Shown here piece after piece: positions 46,366 to 50,872 of a DNA stretch of 50,872 nt. Location of the stretch: the NCBI GenBank assembly GCA_043740635.1, contig JAYUBY010000323.1, forward strand, positions 1-50,872, given 5' to 3'. Under the pieces are notes generated by a model. It had not been told where the DNA came from and did no database searches. It worked only from the letters and a program-made list of their open reading frames with translations. Each line of letters begins with the position of its first letter. Position 1 is the stretch's first letter. Origin of the DNA: Alphaproteobacteria bacterium. Its GTDB lineage: Bacteria > Pseudomonadota > Alphaproteobacteria > Caulobacterales > Caulobacteraceae. Made by a program: the position numbers and the translations under genes.

Positions 46366-49300
46366 GTGAGCGCCGCCGCCGCCCTTTCAAAAGCGCTCCT
46401 CGCTGCCCTGAAGGGCGATCCGGCGATGGCTGGCGCAAAGACCTTCAGCGCCCAAGTCGACGCCGACACCGCGCCGGGCGAACTGCCGCAGTTGACCACC
46501 GCCGAGGTCGCAGAAAACCTCGCCGACTTCTGGCGCTCGGCGGAACGCAGGCGCGGCCGGTCCCCAACAATTCGCATCGCGCCTGTTCTCGGCGGAAAGA
46601 CCGCAGCGCTCGACCGGCTCGAGATCGTGCAAGACGACGCGCCGTTCCTGGTCGATTCGATCATGGGCGAAATCGCTGAACAGGGCTTGTCGGTCCGCGC
46701 CTTGTTCCACCCCATCGTCGAAGTACAGCGCGATCGCGCGGGCGTGCGCGGCTCATCAGGCGTGGCTCATCGCGAGTCAATGATCCAGGTGATCCTTGAC
46801 CCTATCGGCGCCGACCGCGAGGCAGCTCTGATCCGCGGGATAACTGAGACGCTCAAGGACGTGCGGGCGGCGGTCGAAGACTTCCCCGAGATGCTGGCGC
46901 TGATGGCCCGTACGCTTGCCGAGCTCGTGACATCCAGACATCACGCGAGCGATGAGGAGATCGCCTTCATCGCATGGTTGGAAGAGCAGCAGTTCGTGTT
47001 CCTGGGCGCGCGCGTCTACGAGTATCCTCGCCTCAAGAACGGTGACTACGCCGCCGAGGAACCTCTCTATCAGGCCAAGGACGGCCTTGGCGTTCTGCGC
47101 GATCCGCAGCGCACCGTTCTGCGGCGCGCCAACGAGCCTGCGATCCTGCTGGGCAACGTCAAGCATCGGCTGCTCAGCGACCCGGCGCTCACGGTCGCGA
47201 AATCTAACGTGCGTAGCCGCGTCCACCGCCGAGGCTACATGGATTACGTCGGCGTCAAACGCTACGGCGACGACGGCCGCCCCGTGGGCGAGGTGCGCTT
47301 CGTCGGCCTGTTCACCGCTGAGGCTTACGACCAACCCGCCTCCGCGGTGCCACTGATCCGCGAGAAGGTCGCCAACGTTTTGCGCCGAGCGGCAATGGCG
47401 CCCGGCAGCCACAACGAAAAACGTCTGAGGAATATCGTCGAGAACCATCCGCGCGACGAACTCTTCCAGATGACTGAGGACGATCTCCTCGCCGAGGCGC
47501 TAGGCATCCTGCACCTCTATGATAGGCCGCGAGTACGCCTTTTCGAGCGGCGCGACCCCTTCGACCGCTTCGCTTCGGTCCTGCTCTTCTTGCCGCGGGA
47601 TCACTACAATTCCGACCTAGCCGGACGCGCGGGCGCGATCCTGGCCCAAGCCTATCGTGGTCGGATCTCGGCCTCCTATCCCAGCTTCTCGGACGCTCCG
47701 CTGGCGCGGGTGCACTACATCATCGGCTTCACGCCAGGGCAGCACGATCAGCCCGATCTGCGGATGCTCGAAGCCGCCATCACCGAAGCGGCGCGCACTT
47801 GGGAAGACCGCTTTGAAGCCGTCGTCCGAGGTTCCGGCCACGCGCCGGAGGACATTGCCGCCACGCTGGCGCGCTATAACGAGGCTTTCCCCGCCGGCTA
47901 CCGCGACAGGTTCGAGCCAGCCGAAGCGCTGGCCGATCTGGCGGTGATCGATGCTATCGCCGAAGACCAATCCGTCTGCGTCCGCGCCTATCGCGCGCCT
48001 GGCGACACCAATCTGCAATTCCGTTTCAAACTCTACCGGCCGCAGGCGCCTGCACCGCTTTCCGATGTCCTGCCGATCCTGGAGAACATGGGTCTGAGGG
48101 CGCTGGCGGAGGCCGGTTTCCCGGTTTGTCGCCCCGGCTTGCCGACGATCTGGGTGCACGACTTCGAGATCGAGGACCCGCAAGGCGCCAAGCTGGTGTT
48201 TGCCGACCTCAAGCAGGCCTTCGAGGACGCCGTGGTCGCCGTCTGGACCGGCTGGACGGAGAACGACGGCTTCAACCGCCTGGTTTTGGAACTTTCGCTC
48301 CCCTGGCGCGACGCCGCGTTAATCCGCGCTTTTGCCCGCCATCGCCAACAGTCGGGCCTCGACCCCAGCCAGCGGGTCCAGGAAGAGGCCCTGGCCGCCC
48401 ATCCTGACGTAGCCCGCCTGATCCTCGATCTTTTCACGACGAAATTCGACCCGGCGTCCGGCCTCAGCGTCGCCAAGCGTCGCGACCAGGCTGACGTCCT
48501 GATGGTCAAGATAGTCGAGGCGCTGCAAGCTGTGGAAAGCCTCGACGAGGACCGCGTCCTGCGCCGCATCGCTCTGCTGGTTCAGGCCATGCAGCGAACC
48601 AACTTCTACCAGCCGGGCGCCGACGGACAGCCCAAGCCTTACATCTCCTTCAAGGTCGCGAGCGGCGAGCTGGCCGACCTGCCGGCGCCCAAGCCCTATC
48701 GCGAAATCTTCGTCTGGGGCGTCAACGTCGAGGGAGTGCATCTGCGCTTTGGACCGGTCGCTCGTGGCGGCCTGCGTTGGTCCGACCGGCGCGACGACTT
48801 CCGCACTGAAGTGCTCGGCCTGGTGAAGGCCCAACAGGTGAAGAACGCCGTGATCGTGCCTGTGGGTTCAAAGGGCGGCTTCTATCCGAAGCAACTCCCC
48901 AAGGGCGGAACGCGCGCAGAGATACAGGCCGAAGGCATCAGCGCCTACAAGACATTTCTCTCGGGCCTCTTGGACATCACCGACAACCTGGCTCCAGACG
49001 GCAAGGTGATACCGCCGCACAAAGTCGTCGCCTTCGATGGCGATGATCCCTACCTCGTCGTGGCGGCCGACAAGGGCACCGCGACCTTCTCCGACATCGC
49101 CAACGGCATGGCCGAGGCCTACGGCTTCTGGCTGGGTGACGCTTTCGCCTCAGGCGGCTCGGCCGGCTACGACCACAAGGTGATGGGGATCACCGCCCGA
49201 GGAGCTTGGGAGGCGGTCAAACGCCACTTCCGCGAACTCGGCAAGGATATCCAGACCGAGCCCTTCACCGTCGTGGGCTGCGGAGACATGTCGGGCGACG

Positions 49301-50872
49301 TGTTCGGCAATGGCATGCTGCTGTCGGAACAGACCAAGTTGCTCGCTGCCTTCGACCACCGGCACATCTTCCTCGATCCCGACCCAGATCCGGCGAAATC
49401 CTGGACCGAGCGGGCGCGGATGTTCTCCCTGCCGAGCTCCTCGTGGGACGACTATAATCGAAAGTTGATCTCCAAGGGCGGCGGGGTCTTCGCCCGCACC
49501 CTGAAATCGATCCCGCTCTCGGCCCAAGTGAAGGCCATGCTGGGCGTCAGCGCCGAGGCCCTTGCCCCCACAGACTTGATCAACCTCATCCTCAGGGCCC
49601 AAGCGGAACTTCTCTACCTCGGCGGCATCGGCACCTATGTGAAGGCCAAGCGTGAGGCCAATGCCGACGTCGGCGACAAGGCGAATGACGCAGTACGGAT
49701 CAATGGGACCGACTTGAGGGTCAAGGTCGTTGGCGAAGGCGCGAACCTTGGCCTCACCCAGGCAGGGCGGATCGAATATGCCATGGCCGGCGGCCATATC
49801 GACACCGACGCCATCGACAACTCTGCCGGCGTCGACACTTCCGACCACGAGGTGAACATCAAAATCCTAACCGGCATGCTGGAGCGAACCGGCGAGCTGA
49901 CGCGCAAGCGGCGCGACACCCTGCTGCAGTCGATGACGGACGACGTTGCCAGCCACGTCCTGGCGCACAACTACGACCAGACACTGGCGCTGTCGTTGAT
50001 GGAGCTGGACGCCGTCGGCGAGCTCCTGCCCTACGCCCAGTTCATGGCCGATCTGGAGGCGAGAGGGCGGCTGGACCGTACCGTCGAAGGTCTACCCGAC
50101 GCGGTCGGAATCGCTGAACGCGCCCAGGCTGGCAAGGGTTTGACGCGGCCGGAACTGGCCGTTCTGCTGGCCTACGGCAAGCTGGAGTTGAAACGCGATA
50201 TCGTCGCCAGCGAAGCCGCAGACGACCCGTTCTTCGAGCGGCAGCTGGAGGCCTATTTTCCCAAGGCGATGCGAAAGTACGCTGAGCCCATGCGCCGCCA
50301 CCGACTGCGGCGTGACATCATCTCTACGATCGTCGCCAACGACATCATCAATCGCTGCGGACCGAGCTTCCCCAGTCGCCTGATGCCCGCCGCTGGAGCT
50401 GACGCCCAGTCCTTTATCGCCGGCTATGAAGCCGCCAAAGCAGTTCTCGGGATTCCCGCTCTCTGGGACGCTGTGGCTGCACTCGACGGTAAGGCGCCCG
50501 CGGGTGGCCAGATGGCGCTCTTCCAGCGTCTCAGCGCGGCCCTGCGTGGTTCGACCTTCTGGCTGGCCCGCCGCGCTGCCCGCGACAAGCTAGGGGTCGA
50601 CGCCCTTGTCCGCGCCTACGGCCCAAGCTTCCAGAGCCTGCTGAAGCTGATGCCGGGCGTCCTGTCACCGCTCGAGCAGGCCTCGGTGGAGGCCCGCGTG
50701 CGCCGCCTCTCCGACGCCGGAGCTCCGCTGGAAAAGGCGCGCGCAGTCGCGGTCCTGCAGCCGATGACCATCGCCGGCGACCTCGTCGACCTCGCTGAGG
50801 CATCCAGCTGGCCACTGCCCAACGTTGCGCGTCTCTACCACGCCGTCGGCGAGACCTTTGGTTTCGACCGGG
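46366..50872 (+). CDS. gdhZ: Large NAD-specific glutamate dehydrogenase (GdhB/GdhZ type), partial at window end
   Basis: GTG after GGAGG; the frame reads as coding to the window edge. Motifs include DDAPFLVDS, SRVHRRGYMDY, EGVHLRFGPVARGGLRWSDRRDDFRTEVLGLVKAQQVKNAVIVPVGSKGGF, YLVVAADKGTATFSDIAN, AFASGGSAGYDHK, GDMSGDVFGNGML, DAIDNSAGVDTSDHEVNIKI. Absent from the ORF track because no stop lies in the window. Confidence 0.97.
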   Translation, partial: MSAAAALSKALLAALKGDPAMAGAKTFSAQVDADTAPGELPQLTTAEVAENLADFWRSAERRRGRSPTIRIAPVLGGKTAALDRLEIVQDDAPFLVDSIMGEIAEQGLSVRALFHPIVEVQRDRAGVRGSSGVAHRESMIQVILDPIGADREAALIRGITETLKDVRAAVEDFPEMLALMARTLAELVTSRHHASDEEIAFIAWLEEQQFVFLGARVYEYPRLKNGDYAAEEPLYQAKDGLGVLRDPQRTVLRRANEPAILLGNVKHRLLSDPALTVAKSNVRSRVHRRGYMDYVGVKRYGDDGRPVGEVRFVGLFTAEAYDQPASAVPLIREKVANVLRRAAMAPGSHNEKRLRNIVENHPRDELFQMTEDDLLAEALGILHLYDRPRVRLFERRDPFDRFASVLLFLPRDHYNSDLAGRAGAILAQAYRGRISASYPSFSDAPLARVHYIIGFTPGQHDQPDLRMLEAAITEAARTWEDRFEAVVRGSGHAPEDIAATLARYNEAFPAGYRDRFEPAEALADLAVIDAIAEDQSVCVRAYRAPGDTNLQFRFKLYRPQAPAPLSDVLPILENMGLRALAEAGFPVCRPGLPTIWVHDFEIEDPQGAKLVFADLKQAFEDAVVAVWTGWTENDGFNRLVLELSLPWRDAALIRAFARHRQQSGLDPSQRVQEEALAAHPDVARLILDLFTTKFDPASGLSVAKRRDQADVLMVKIVEALQAVESLDEDRVLRRIALLVQAMQRTNFYQPGADGQPKPYISFKVASGELADLPAPKPYREIFVWGVNVEGVHLRFGPVARGGLRWSDRRDDFRTEVLGLVKAQQVKNAVIVPVGSKGGFYPKQLPKGGTRAEIQAEGISAYKTFLSGLLDITDNLAPDGKVIPPHKVVAFDGDDPYLVVAADKGTATFSDIANGMAEAYGFWLGDAFASGGSAGYDHKVMGITARGAWEAVKRHFRELGKDIQTEPFTVVGCGDMSGDVFGNGMLLSEQTKLLAAFDHRHIFLDPDPDPAKSWTERARMFSLPSSSWDDYNRKLISKGGGVFARTLKSIPLSAQVKAMLGVSAEALAPTDLINLILRAQAELLYLGGIGTYVKAKREANADVGDKANDAVRINGTDLRVKVVGEGANLGLTQAGRIEYAMAGGHIDTDAIDNSAGVDTSDHEVNIKILTGMLERTGELTRKRRDTLLQSMTDDVASHVLAHNYDQTLALSLMELDAVGELLPYAQFMADLEARGRLDRTVEGLPDAVGIAERAQAGKGLTRPELAVLLAYGKLELKRDIVASEAADDPFFERQLEAYFPKAMRKYAEPMRRHRLRRDIISTIVANDIINRCGPSFPSRLMPAAGADAQSFIAGYEAAKAVLGIPALWDAVAALDGKAPAGGQMALFQRLSAALRGSTFWLARRAARDKLGVDALVRAYGPSFQSLLKLMPGVLSPLEQASVEARVRRLSDAGAPLEKARAVAVLQPMTIAGDLVDLAEASSWPLPNVARLYHAVGETFGFDR

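Noticed and set aside
1-50872. CRISPR arrays, tRNA/rRNA genes, prophage or defence genes
   Set aside because: No regularly spaced repeats, tRNA-like cloverleaf with T-loop motif, rRNA-like sequence or phage/defence protein motifs recognised by eye; a tRNAscan-SE/Infernal run would be needed to exclude small RNAs.

Overview
High-GC alphaproteobacterial chromosome segment. Gene content and order point to Caulobacteraceae (Phenylobacterium/Caulobacter-like). The backbone is housekeeping: mutS, dnaN-grpE-hrcA, rph, rdgB-hemW-rsmI-(yraN)-sirB1-like-gshB, shkA-ampG, rlmN, and a large NAD-glutamate dehydrogenase that runs off the right edge and is missing from the ORF track. Accessory material comprises the right end of an IS1202/ISNCY-type element at the left edge, a ~14 kb island with two tripartite RND efflux systems around one two-component system, and a TonB-dependent receptor. 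The most striking feature is an uncharacterised module at 16.4-18.7 kb. There a LuxR-type HTH protein with a C-terminal membrane anchor (17428-18204, minus) fully contains a second gene on the same strand in another frame (17550-17888, with its own RBS and host-like codons). It is followed by a helical hypothetical protein and a small membrane protein, with a divergent XRE regulator. Other observations: two unannotated 35-aa ORFs each preceded by perfect PhaR-type boxes; a yraN gene with internal deletions plus an orphan LexA box where comM usually sits; several frameshifted or eroded genes. All family assignments come from motif recognition by eye, not database searches.
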